A stretch of DNA of 60,356 nt from Octopus bimaculoides (Eukaryota), in the NCBI RefSeq assembly GCF_001194135.2, contig NC_068989.1, positions 96,365,814 through 96,426,169 on the forward strand. The letters run 5' to 3'. The notes below the pieces were generated by a model. That model saw only the letters and a list, made by a program, of their open reading frames with translations, did not search any database and was not told the DNA's origin. The translations under genes were made by a program, and so were the position numbers. Each line of letters starts with the position of its first letter. Within the stretch, counting starts at the first letter, position 1. This document shows, piece by piece, positions 37,311-50,022 of this stretch.

Positions 37311-39088
37311 GTACCCAGTGCTAGCTATGGACACATAAGAGGTGCAATGGAATAACAGGAAGATTAGCAGAGAGTAATCTTGGTCTGTGACAGATGTGCA
37401 TATGCAATAAACACTAAGACTGTACAGGAATAATTGCTTATCATATATATATATATAGAGAGAGAGAGAGACAGAGAGAGACAGAGACAGAGAGAGACAG
37501 AGAGAGACAGAGACAGAGAGAGAGAGAGACAGAGAGAGGTAATTATATAGATAGATAGATAAACCGTCAGACAGACAGATAGATAGATAATCAGCTGCGT
37601 ATGTACTGAGTCACACATGCAAGGTTATATGAAGAATATATGATCAATGATAAGATAAAGCAGACATTTTTCTAAGACTGTGTGAATGTACTGAATGACT
37701 TCTGCAAAAAATTTTTAATGAATTGAAATTTTCCCTCAGCTGAAGAAAGAAAAAATCTCCTAGCAGGATTCGTTAACTAAACGCATAGAAATTTATGAAT
37801 AACTTAATACATTAGCTGAGTAAAAAACATCATCCACATCGTCGATACTAAATATACGTTGGTTATGAAGTTTGTTTTGAAACACCATGCTTCCAGACAT
37901 GAACTCTGAGAGAACTTTTGCAAGGTAGAATAAGGTAAGGTTGTTGGGGCCCCTGTTTGGGGAGTGGAGCCTCCAAAGCCCCTTTGAAGACCTCCACTCT
38001 TTCATAGGCCCTGATTCCTGGGTTTGATCCAGTTGCATGGTACTTTCGCAAGAGCTTTCGACTCTTGCTCTCAGATTGACCAATACTTTGGGGCAAGAAA
38101 TGTTTGCCTCAAAGTTTTTGCTATGGAATGGACACAAATATTTGCTCATGGGAACCTTTTGTTTTTTCGTTCTCAAGCACGTCCCTATGAGTAATTATCT
38201 TCGATTAACAAAATTCAGTTGGAACTTCAAAACCTTGAATGCCCACGTTTTGCTTTCATTATGCAAGTTACAAAATTGTGTGTTCAGACAAGCACATAGC
38301 TTAGAGAAGTCATTGCTTGTGAATGGAATTTCATAGATGGAAATTATGCAGAAGTCTGTCATGTGTGTGTATGCATGCACATGCATGTGTAAGTGTGTTT
38401 GTGTGTGTGTGTGTGTATATGTATGTATATGTATGAGTGTGTTTGTATATGTGTGTGTGTGTGTGTGTGTGTCCCCATGTTCTTGTCTGTTTCTGTGTTG
38501 TTAAAATGAGTGCCTGAGTGATTCAATAAATACAGATCAATAAAATAATTGAGTGGAATTAATACTGGGGATAGATAAGATCACCCTGGCCAGAGTCCAA
38601 AATTGAAACCAGTAAAAGAGGAAAAATAACAATACAAAACAAATAACAAGATAATTTCATATAAAGAGTAAAGGATTTTTCTGTTTCGCGCCATTTAAAA
38701 AAGTTTTACATCCTTTAAAATCTTCTCAAATACACTTCTTTATAAAGTCTGAACCATTTTCTTTTCCCCGTATCCTTCACTAAAACATATTTGCAGCAAA
38801 GTGACCAGTGGTCAAGTTGTTAGCATGCTGGACAAAATACTAAGTGGTATTTTGTCCATCTCTACATTCTCAATTTAAATTCCACCATAGTCACCTTAGC
38901 CTTTTATCTTTACAGAAATAGGTACCAGTTGCACACTTGGGTCTATCTAATTGACTGGCCCCACCACCAAAAAGGCAGGCCTTGTGTGCCTGTTGTACAA
39001 ATAATTGTCTTGCATCATTTGTTCATATTTTCCATATTTTCTGAGTTCATTGACTCAGAGCTGATAAAATGAAATACCAATCAGATAT

Positions 39089-39500
39089 GAAAGCACATGG
39101 CCTAGTGGTCAAGGTGCTGCACTCATATTCTGGCAATCATGGGTTCAGTTCCTGAACCAGGCGTCATTTTGTGTTCTTGAGCAAAACACTTTGTTTCATA
39201 TTGCTGAAGTGCTGAATGGCACAGTGTGAATGGCACAGGGTCAAAGAATTAAATCCAACATTTCCTGTGCATGTCATAAAAGGCAACAAAAAGACGTCGA
39301 GGTAAGATTTTCACTTCAACCTTGTAAAACCCTTTTGCCAGCAACAACCTTCCAAACAGACCCCTGGTTTGGAAGGTTGTTGCCTGAGTGGTGCCAAGGT
39401 GTCATCTGCCAGGGGTTGTAAGGAATCTCCAACAAATGGTGGATGCAGTGATGCACTGTTACAGTGCATGCCCCCATGCTACTACTACTACTACTACTAC
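39089..39500 (+). mobile_element. Composite SINE: tRNA head, CORE-like block, RTE-5'UTR-like body, (CTA)n tail
   Basis: A box GGCCTAGTGG; B box GGTTCAGTTCC; TTGAGCAAAACACTT; CATAAAAGGCAACAAAAAG; internal 17-bp hairpin. Confidence 0.7.
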
Positions 39501-39662
39501 TTGTACTAAATACAGGAGTTGATGATATCAATTGACCTTCTTCCTTCAAAATTGCTGGCATTGTGCCAAATTCGGAAATTATTATTTTTCCACCATACAA
39601 ACTGAATATATGATTAATTATCCAATAAAATATACATTGATAAAATTATGTCTTACTCTAAT

Positions 39663-39830
39663 AACTTCAATAAATTAAGAATTAATTAAAAAAATAAGGT
39701 TAATTCTTATTCCTAAGGTGAAATCTAAACATGTCCATTGCTATCAATGACCTTGCAAAAAAAGATCAGATTTCCCTTCAAGTGGAGGAATGAAATTATT
39801 TTTTTAATTAATTCCCAATTTATTGAAATT
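39663..39830. mobile_element. AT-rich MITE-like inverted-repeat element
   Basis: ~33-bp imperfect inverted repeats, AACTTCAATAAATTAAGAATTAATTAAAAAA versus the reverse complement AATTTCAATAAATTGGGAATTAATTAAAAAA. Confidence 0.55.
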
Positions 39831-40488
39831 TTCTCTGCTTTTCTTTGTGAGTCACTAATGATTGCTGTTAGGTTATTTTTTTTTCTCAAACTAAGCAGAA
39901 AATTTCAATTCATTAAGATTTTTTACTGTGTATGTATATGTGTGTGTGTGTGTGTGGACTCGTGTATCTGTATGTGTGTGTGTGTGCACTCATGTGTCTG
40001 TAATGTCATTCAGTACATCCCTGATTAAATATATAAAAGTATATTTTATCTTCGAATTGGCTGGATAGTCATTAAATATGTTTGAAAATATTACAACTTT
40101 GTTTCTAGGCTAAGCTATATTTTTGCATGGAAAAAGAGTTTCCAGGAGACTTTGCAAGAAACTTATAAATGAGGAAATGACAAAAAACAAAAACAATAAT
40201 GAGAGGGGACTGGAAAAAAAAAAGCTTAAATTGTATAATCATATTTGAGCAATTCAAACCCTTTTCCCCTTTTTACTGGTTTCAGCTGATGACATGATGG
40301 CCTATGCCAAGTTTTTTTCTCTGTTTTGGCATGGTTTCTATAGCTGGACGTTGTCCCTAATGCCAACCATATTATGGTGTATACTGGGTGCTTTTCAAGG
40401 CACCAACAGTGTCACCAAGTACCTTGAAAGACAGGATAAAGTCCCCTCCTCTATCTCTTTCTCTCTCTCTATATCTATTTATCTATCT

Positions 40489-40551
<63 letters not shown>

Positions 40552-40561
40552 TATATTTTAA

Positions 40562-40737
40562 GTATATAATTATAAAAATATAATTATAATTAAGGGCGTG
40601 AGAATGCCCTTAATATTATAATGCTATAAATAGAGAACAAATTTAGAATGGATTGTGGTATTTGACATCCACTTCTAGCATGTAGGCACTGGCATCCCAG
40701 CACCTTTCATTATAATTATATTTTTATAATTATGTAC
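40562..40737. mobile_element. Unclassified MITE with ~47-bp TIRs flanked by TTAA
   Basis: TTAA|GTATATAATTATAAAAATATAATTATAATTAAGGGCGTGAGAATGCC ... GGCATCCCAGCACCTTTCATTATAATTATATTTTTATAATTATGTAC|TTAA. Confidence 0.78.
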
Positions 40738-40823
40738 TTAAAAATTTATTTTACTGATATGGTAGTTTTTTATATGCTAGGCACTGATATAATCATTTTA
40801 ATGATTATATCCTCAATTTATAA

Positions 40824-40867
<44 letters not shown>

Positions 40868-40900
40868 ATAAGTTTTGGCCAGATAAGCCATCATCAGACT
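40868..40900 (-). ncRNA. Decayed hammerhead-like motif
   Basis: CTGATGA-T-GGC-TTATCTG-GCC-AAAAC. The conserved G of GAAA is mutated and no stem I is evident. Confidence 0.45.
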
Positions 40901-41415
40901 GTAGTGCATTAGAGTGAGTCCTGCCTTTAGATTCTCTCTGTTGAGTTAAAGTCATCTTTGGGTGTGTGGGTTTTTGTGGTCAGCTGTTATGGGAAGATGT
41001 GTTCAGGAATTCATGCTTGTAGAACTTTGTAAACATGCCTGTAGGTGTTTCTTTGTAACGTAGACACAAAAGGTATTAGAGTATTTTTGTAGCTTTTGGT
41101 ATTATTGGATTTAACAAAGCAGAAGAGAAACAATTTTCTATACTCAATTTTTTACACACCCAAAAATGGTTTTAACTCAACAGAGACTATATAATGACAA
41201 GGACTAAATCTAATGCACTGGCAGACCAATGAGACTTAGTTGGCCAAAACTTCAAAGTTACTTGTTAAGCTTTGGTTGGCTTGAAGCTAGAGTTGAAAAC
41301 ACTTGTCCTAGTAACTTGGAGAGCTGTGCAGGCTCCATCTCTGTTTTGACATGCTTTGTTTGGCTGGATGCCCTTCCTAAGACACTTATCCTAGTTACTA
41401 GAAAAAGGTCCAGCT

Positions 41416-41446
<31 letters not shown>

Positions 41447-41459
41447 GTATAAAGTAACA

Positions 41460-42430
41460 GTTTTAGTGAAAAACCGTTGGTTTCATATCTAGTGTGAACT
41501 AGACATATCTTCAGTTTCTCTAAACAATAACCTTTCTCTACAAAGAATGTTTTTTAGAAACATAAGAACGCTGCTGATAGTTGAAGAAATATTCCTCTTG
41601 AAAAATTATGGCTGGGCAAGTTGTCTCCCTTCGTTTGATAGCTAGAATTTCCAATTTTGAAGTAAAAATTTCCAAAAATGTGGACAACTCCCCACAGCTT
41701 CCATCCTGGAATTCAGGTAACCTCCTGGCTTATGTCAGTTCATAAAGATTATGTATTTTTCTGCCATACACAATTTACATAGTCTTGTTCCATTGTGATA
41801 GGGTCCACAAGTTTCTAGTAGTTTCCACCTGATGTTAAAGGGCATATTATTGTCCTTTAGGCGCCATACGTATGCTGTGAGTGTCAGTGTGTTGCATCTC
41901 TCCAGGACCCTGAAAGAAGAACTGTGGTGGTCAGGCGAATTTTAAATTTGGATTCACAAGATCCAACATAAATTTTAGTGTGTGTCCCTGTGTTGACATT
42001 GATGTCACTGATATTTGTGCTGTTCCTGTTTGAAGCTACCTTTGCTTGGGACACTGTAGCCTCGGTGTTACCTCAGACATCCACTGGGCATTCATTTTTA
42101 ATCCTGCATGAACAACCTGCCCCTGTCCGTGGCTTAGGAGTGCTAAGTAATTTTTTCTTAATATTGGGTGCACAACTTAAAGAGATCCTTAAATTATGTC
42201 TGTTAACGATCTTTCTATATTTGTGTGATCACGTGAAATGCTTATCAACCAACTTAAGAAAAATCTTACCCACACCTGTCCAGACGTTTAGGGAGAAGTG
42301 GGGAGTGAACCATAAGGTCTTGTGGTGGTGTTTCCTTTTATGGTTGCTCAATCCTGGTGTATATACTGTATGGTCCTTGAACCTGCTTGCTGCTAGCGCC
42401 TTACTGTACATTCTGAGTCCAAATATGACA
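41460..42430 (-). mobile_element. Penelope-like element 3' portion (post-RT linker plus decayed GIY-YIG endonuclease)
   Basis: KTLWFTPHFSLNVWTGVGKIFLKLVDKHF..HKYRKI; CSCRIKNECP; KIYVGSCESKFKIR; typical of the Penelope/Poseidon group. Confidence 0.88.
41462..41524 (-). ncRNA. Type I hammerhead ribozyme in the 3' region of a Penelope-like element
   Basis: TTTAGAGAAA-CTGAAGA-T-ATGTCTAG-TTCACA-CTAGATAT-GAAA-CC-AAC-GG-T-T-TTTCACTAAA. Stem I pairs 9 of 10 bp, stem II has 8 bp (one G-U), stem III has 3 bp, and the cleavage triplet is GUU. Confidence 0.8.
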
Positions 42431-42461
42431 TGTATATACACGCATATATATATATATCACA

Positions 42462-42503
<42 letters not shown>

Positions 42504-44886
42504 AAATGTGTGTGTGTGTATAACAATGGAGGATAGAGTTGTTGGTGTCACATTCCACAATTTACTGCTGTTTCAATAAAGTATGGATGACAAATCATTT
42601 AAGTTGGAAAATATGGAAGAGAGCAACGATACTGTTATATTGATTATAATATTGGTTGTGCAATGAAAACCCCATAGTCATTTAATCATAAGTTTTGTGG
42701 ACATGCATCTATGTTTGGGAGGTTGTGTGTGTGTTTTGTGTGTATGTTCTTGTTTTGACAGTGTTTAATAATTATAAAACGAGCATCACTGTTATTGAAG
42801 TGGTATCTTCATTCCCAGTCTCCTGTGAAAACATGTCTGGCAGTGGGAAGGAACCAGGTGAGGGTTGGTGTTAGGAGGGGCATCTTGCCATAGAAAAATC
42901 TACCTAAATGAATTCTGTTTGATCCATTCAATCATAGAGAAGTGGGCATTAGATTGTTAATGATGATGGTAGCAGTAACGACATTGTTGATGAGGGTGAA
43001 GAACCCAGTTGGCTTCTGTGATATTTGGACTCAGAAAGTAAAGAAACTAAACAGAATGTTTTAAGTATGTTAGCTTTGACTTTATCAATCACACTTATTC
43101 TCTTCAAATGTAATAAATGCTTCCAAAGGTTTTTTTTTTTTTTTTGAAATCTTCAAATCTTGGTTGCTTTCATAAACACAAAACCTTTGGCAAGGAAGAG
43201 AACAATTACATTGACCCCAGTCTTGTATTTTATAGAATAAAATTTGGAAAGACGTTGAATGCAGTAGAGTTTGAACTCAAGATGTAAACAACTGAAACAA
43301 ATGCCACTGAATCATTAGTCTATCTGCTGGACACTCTGAGTTCAATTCCCACCACTTCTCTAACGTTCTATGACAATGATTTCACTCTCATATCTCTTCC
43401 ATTTAATGCTGTGCTTTTGTAGAAACATTATTTTGTTCTTTATAAAAAAAAAGAAAAAATTATTTCTCCCCTCCTTCCCCCATTCCAGGTTGGACCCCCA
43501 CCCCCACTGGTTTCTCTTCTAAAATCATTTCTTGTCTCTGAATATTTTTTTTTTTACCTAATCTTAGAACCCCTATTGTTCTGCCACTCCTCATTCCAAG
43601 TTTACCCTGTTTCCCCCCACCCTATCTCTGGCTCTTTCCATATCTTTTCACTCTCATCCTTTTACTCTGTTTTTCCTGGGGGTGGGGAGAAGGATGATTT
43701 AGCATTTTTTTTTTATCCTGACTTTCATTATATATTTTTCTTCTTTAATTTCTTACATTTTCTATCTTCTCAAACCAGTCTTTTAACATCTTTCACTCTT
43801 TCTTGTTCTTCCTTTCTACAAAATTTATTTTATTTCTTTAGATATTTTTCTGTTCTTTTCTTTAACCCCTATTCACCTTTATTTTTCATTCTCTATTTCT
43901 TATTTGTGTCTTTAATTATCTGTTAATCTTATTTTGAAAAAGAAAAACTTTAATAAATAAACAGTTCTTTGCTTTTCAGAAGCCTGTTCCCTTATCTCCT
44001 CCACCTAGTGTCCACCCAGCTCTCACTGCTGTCCTTTTTATCTCATTATATCAAGACAGATATCACTGGTTTTGTTGGGTTTTGTTGTTGTGGTTTTTTT
44101 TAACATGGGTGGGGGTGGGGTGGGGGAGGTGATTCTGTATAAACTTCAATGATGTCAGTCCACTACCTTTATCCTTACAACTGCACCCATCCCTCCTTTG
44201 TTAACAATCTAACCAACAGCCTTGTTGTGGCATTTAAAAAAATTTTTTCTTCATTGTTTTCTAGTTTTTTTTTTCTTTATTCTTCTGCCAATTTATATTC
44301 TATCATCCAGAAAACAATTCTTTCTTTTATCTAACTAAACTAAGAGGCAGCGTGTGTAGGGGTGGTTTTGCCATCAGGGTTAACCTCTCCTAGCTAGTTC
44401 TAATTAGCTGATGACTGTCTCTGTCTTTAAGAAAGATCAAAGTTTAACTGACGAGATATTTCAAATAAGATAATAACAATAACAATAATAATAATAATAA
44501 TAATGATAATTTATTGGCCACAAGGGCAGAAAAATACATTTAGGACAATGCAAATACAAAGGACAGAGAATGACGCTTAACAAGGAAATTCCCAGTTGGG
44601 TGGGGGTCGGATGCCATTCAGGTTAGTAATGATGATAACAATAATAATAATAATAGTAATAATGCTTTCAAATTTTGGCACAAGGCCAGCAATTTCAGGG
44701 GAGAGGGAAGAGTCAGTTACACTGACCCCAGTGCTCTACTGGTAGTTATTCTATTGACCACAGAAGGATGAAGGCCAAGTGGACCTCAGAAGAAATGTCA
44801 GTAAGCATTGTTTTCCAATGTGTTGATGATTCTGGCTGCCACAGGGGCACTGGAAAAATAGAACATTACTAAGATAGATTACACAT

Positions 44887-44946
44887 AATCACAAAAGGTT
44901 GATATGAAACAGGCAAAATCACAAAAGGTTGATATGAAACAGGCAA
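44887..44946 (+). repeat. Perfect 30-bp tandem duplication
   Basis: AATCACAAAAGGTTGATATGAAACAGGCAA occurs twice. Confidence 0.95.
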
Positions 44947-45189
44947 GTGAGGTGGGGGATGATGAAGAGCAAAAAAAAAAAAGGATGATAATAATAATAA
45001 CAGAAAAGAAGAAGAATTATAATAATGTTCTCTTTATTCATCACTAAGGATTTACAAAAAATATTGGGGACGGTACAGGGCAATACACTGTGGGGTTGCA
45101 TAAAGAAGTATGTAAACAGTAGAAAAAAGCAACAACATTATAAATTCCAACAATGGATAATTCCCCACAAGACAACAATTACACTGACT

Positions 45190-46357
45190 GAGTGTAGGAC
45201 AAAAGCCCCCCCCCCCAGCACAAAACACCCCTAGGACAAAAAGGCCCCATAATTAAAGTGTGAAAGGGGACAAAACCCCCCTCAGTTATATTTTTTGGTT
45301 ATTTTTTCGTTTTTTTTTCTCCTTTTACTTGTTTTAGTCATCAAACTTTGGCCATGCTGGGGCACCACCTTGAAGAATTTTTAGATGACTGTATGGAACC
45401 TAGAATTCTTTTTGGTCAAAACCACCTCTATGATATATATATTTTTTTTTTTCCTTTGTACTTGTTAAATCATTAGACTGTGGCCATACTGGAGTACTGC
45501 CTTGAAGAATTGTTAATCAAATATATCGACCCCAGAATATTTTCAGGTGATTTTCAACTAGCGCATGAAGTTAAGCCTAGAAGGTTTCTCTACATGCTAG
45601 ATATAACAGCCAAATCTTTTGAATTTTTTTTTTTTATAATTTCACACAAACAAAAATGGAATTTGCAGTTGTAAAAAAACTTTTATTTTCCAAAATTCCA
45701 ATTTTTAAGTAAACAAAATATATTCAATCGAAAATAAATTAGAACAAAATAACAGAGCACAAGACTTTTTACTACTCAATGTACATATTGTCCGAATTCT
45801 AACAAAAGGGAAATCCTTTACTTCAAGAAAGGTGCAGAAACATAGAAACGATAAGAAGTACATTTGAATGACCAGCCTTCAGCACCATAATTCTGTTGGA
45901 CCATCAATGGCCAGAGAAAGTTCAAAAGGTCAGCTCATTCTCATTAATCTGTAAATGCTGAAAGAAGCAAACAAGACTTTAAATTTGAATTTTAAAATGT
46001 TGGTTTTTCTGTGACTAAAAATTCTTCAAGGCAGTGCCCCAGCATGGCCCACAGTCAAACAGCTGAAACAAGTAAGAAAATAAAAAAATTCTCCGCTTGA
46101 TGCAGTCGACTAAAAATTCTTCTCGGTGGTTCTCCAGCATGGCTGCAGCCTAATGACTGAGACAAGTAAGAAAAAAATTCTGGGGTCAATACCTTTGACT
46201 AAAAATTCCTCAAGATGGTGCCCCAGCATGGCCACAGTCCAATGACTGAAACAAGTAGAAAATTTTTTAGAAAATAAAAGTGAAAAATAACCCAAAAATA
46301 TAACTAATGGGGTTTTGTCCTAGGGGCCTTTGTATGAGGGGCTTTTGTCCTGATCCC
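45190..46357 (-). mobile_element. MULE/foldback-like element with long inverted arms and a degenerate 9-bp TSD
   Basis: The arms start with reiterated AGGACAAAAGCCCC motifs. The flanks ACACTGACT and ACTCTGACC match at 7 of 9 positions. A frameshifted central remnant (GP-T-NYGAEGW..SAP..LLLE-RT-MYI) resembles the MULE RTNNxxEGWH region. Confidence 0.72.
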
Positions 46358-46419
46358 ACTCTGACCACAAGAGCAAGTGCCCTCTCTTCATCATTGAAAA
46401 ATACTACTAATAATAACAA

Positions 46420-47295
<876 letters not shown>

Positions 47296-47960
47296 AGTAA
47301 TAATAATAATGATAATAATAATAATAATGATAATAATGACGATGATGATGATGATGGTAAATTTTTTTGTTTTTTTGTTTTTTCTTCCTCCTCCCTTTCT
47401 TTCTCTTTTTTTTCTTTCTGNNNNNNNNNNNNNNNNNNNNNNNNNNNNNNNNNNNNNNNNNNNNNNNNNNNNNNNNNNNNNNNNNNNNNNNNNNNNNNNN
47501 NNNNNNNNNNNNNNNNNNNNNNNNNNNNNNNNNNNNNNNNNNNNNNNNNNNNNNNNNNNNNNNNNNNNNNNNNNNNNNNNNNNNNNNNNNNNNNNNNNNN
47601 NNNNNNNNNNNNNNNNNNNNNNNNNNNNNNNNNNNNNNNNNNNNNNNNNNNNNNNNNNNNNNNNNNNNNNNNNNNNNNNNNNNNNNNNNNNNNNNNNNNN
47701 NNNNNNNNNNNNNNNNNNNNNNNNNNNNNNNNNNNNNNNNNNNNNNNNNNNNNNNNNNNNNNNNNNNNNNNNNNNNNNNNNNNNNNNNNNNNNNNNNNNN
47801 NNNNNNNNNNNNNNNNNNNNNNNNNNNNNNNNNNNNNNNNNNNNNNNNNTTTAATATTTTTCTTCTTGGATTTTTTTGTTTTGTTTCCTGCTGCTAAGTG
47901 CAGAATCATGAAGCAGGAATAAAATGCTGGTGTTTATGAATCAAACACACAAAAATTGAA

Positions 47961-48121
47961 TCAAATAGAATTTGAAGAAATAAATAAGGTCCCTGTGTCA
48001 GCAACAATTAACTTATTGAACTGTTTCTCGTCAGCTTTAACGACTCCCTCTTCTTTCTCAATCTGCTGTTCAATAAGGAAAGGGAACAAAATGACCAGAT
48101 CTTCATCTCTGTAGTATTCTT
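47961..48121 (-). CDS. Candidate terminal exon, (E)EYYRDEDLVILFPFLIEQQIEKEEGVVKADEKQFNKLIVADTGTLFISSNSI*; unverified
   Basis: Acceptor TTAATTGTTCTGGTCTTTTATAG and a 52-codon phase-1 frame. No homology recognised. Confidence 0.2.
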
Positions 48122-49324
48122 CTATAAAAGACCAGAACAATTAATGGTAAACTTTCCTCCACTCCTCTTCGCTATCAAGATTCTAAGATATTCTATAGAC
48201 TTTTTTTTTTCCCCTAGTAAACAAGAATTAAATGTCCCGTTTAATGCAATAAACCTTCAACAGGATCCAAACAAAAACTCCCCTGAGACAAATATCATCA
48301 TCATCATCATCATCATCATTTGACATCTGCTTTCCATGCTGGCATGGATTAGACAGTTTGACAGGGGCTGGTAAGGCTGGAAGCTGCACCAGGCTCCAGT
48401 TGTGTGTTTTGCCATTGTTTCTGTGGCTGGGTGCCCTTCCTAATGCCAACCACTTTACAGAGTGTAAATGGCTGCTGTTAACATCTCTGTTAAAATTCAA
48501 AATTGTATGCGACAATGGTACTTGTCACCTTTACTGGCTGTATTTCACACCTGTAAGATTGATGTAGTTGCTCTGTTTTAACTCCTGGAAGTCGACATCT
48601 GAAGGTGTATGACCTTGTGGTGTTGCACTCGTGAATGTATGATCAGAGTTTCAATTCCTAGCCTGGACAATATGTTGTGCTCTTTGAGCAAAACACTTCA
48701 TTTCCTTCTTGCTCCAGTCCAATCATCTCTAAATGAGTTCCAGCAAATATGCAAGGGAGTTAACCATGGTCACTCATAGGTCATGGACACTGGGTTAAAC
48801 TCTGGGTCTTATGAGTCTTATGACTAAAAGCAGACTGTAGTTGACATCTGCTTGGAAAAGCAGAAAAAAAGGAATTAGGAAGGGAATTCCAGAGGGTTGA
48901 TATTTGGGGGAGGAAGAATCAAGGGTTAGTATAAAAGCCCCTACAGGATGAGGTACATTAGGAGTGGCAAGAGACAGGTGTGCCCAGTGCCCCCTTAAGG
49001 CAGGTACTGCAGGTGTTTTAGCTGCAAGGCTAAGGAGGCTCATCAGTCCATAATTTCTTGTTGGGGGTGGTGTCATATAGGGAACTGGAAGCACATTGTT
49101 TAACATAAACAGGGATTTGCAACCTCCTTTTGTACAGCACTTTGGATCATGAACACCTGGAAATATCCCTAGGCGTGTCAAGTAGGCTTGAGTTGCAGGT
49201 GGTTGTACTGTGTAATTGTCTAATTCTGAGGAGCCGAGTTGAGCTGGGCATTAAAGAGATATGGTGAACCCTGTGGAGCAAAATGAATGCTTTGGTTTCG
49301 TTAAATTCTTGGTTAAAACAAACC

Positions 49325-49328
<4 letters not shown>

Positions 49329-49365
<37 letters not shown>

Positions 49366-49414
49366 ACTCTCTTTCTCTCACTCTCTTTCTCTCACTCTCT
49401 CTTTCTATCTCTCA

Positions 49415-49447
<33 letters not shown>

Positions 49448-49520
49448 ACTCTCTTTCTCTCACTCTCTCTTTCTATCTCTCACNNNNNNNNNNNNNNNNN
49501 NNNNNNNNNNNNNNNNNNNN

Positions 49521-49584
<64 letters not shown>
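49329..49584 (+). repeat. (CT)n / CTCACT microsatellite; another (CT)n at ~50300-50375
   Basis: Direct reading of the sequence. Confidence 0.9.
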
Positions 49585-49941
49585 TTATTGAGAAGGGAGC
49601 GTCTAGTGTAACAAAATCTGCCTTAACAAGTTTCACCATGTAAGTATAAACATGAAAGACAATGGGTTTCAAGCTGACCCCTGTTGTACATCTTGCTGAT
49701 TGTATCCATCCCTGTTTAAAGGAAACTGCAAGTTGATCCACAATGTAGTTGGGTCACCATTTGGAACTTGAACCATATTCTGTAATTTTTAAAACTGTTT
49801 GACATTCCATCACTATAGACTGGTTGTCCATCTGTCTGGCTGGTTGGTTGTATCTGAACAAAACTAATAAAAAGCTAATCAATGAAATTGCTGCCAACTA
49901 AAAGCTTATATGTTTGGTTCTTTCTAATGTTAATTGCGAAC

Positions 49942-50022
49942 CATTGAGTGGAATAGCTACTGCTCCATATCTTCTTTGCTCTCCTGTCCAGTTCTCTTGT
50001 CGCCATGGCATCATCTGTGGCT
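49942..50022 (-). CDS. Candidate 81-nt exon, (E)PQMMPWRQENWTGEQRRYGAVAIPLN(G) or ATDDAMATRELDRRAKKIWSSSYSTQW; unverified
   Basis: Strong acceptor TTTTAATGTTTTCTCAATAGATTTCAG, weak-to-moderate donor ATG|GTTCGC, and two open frames. Confidence 0.2.
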
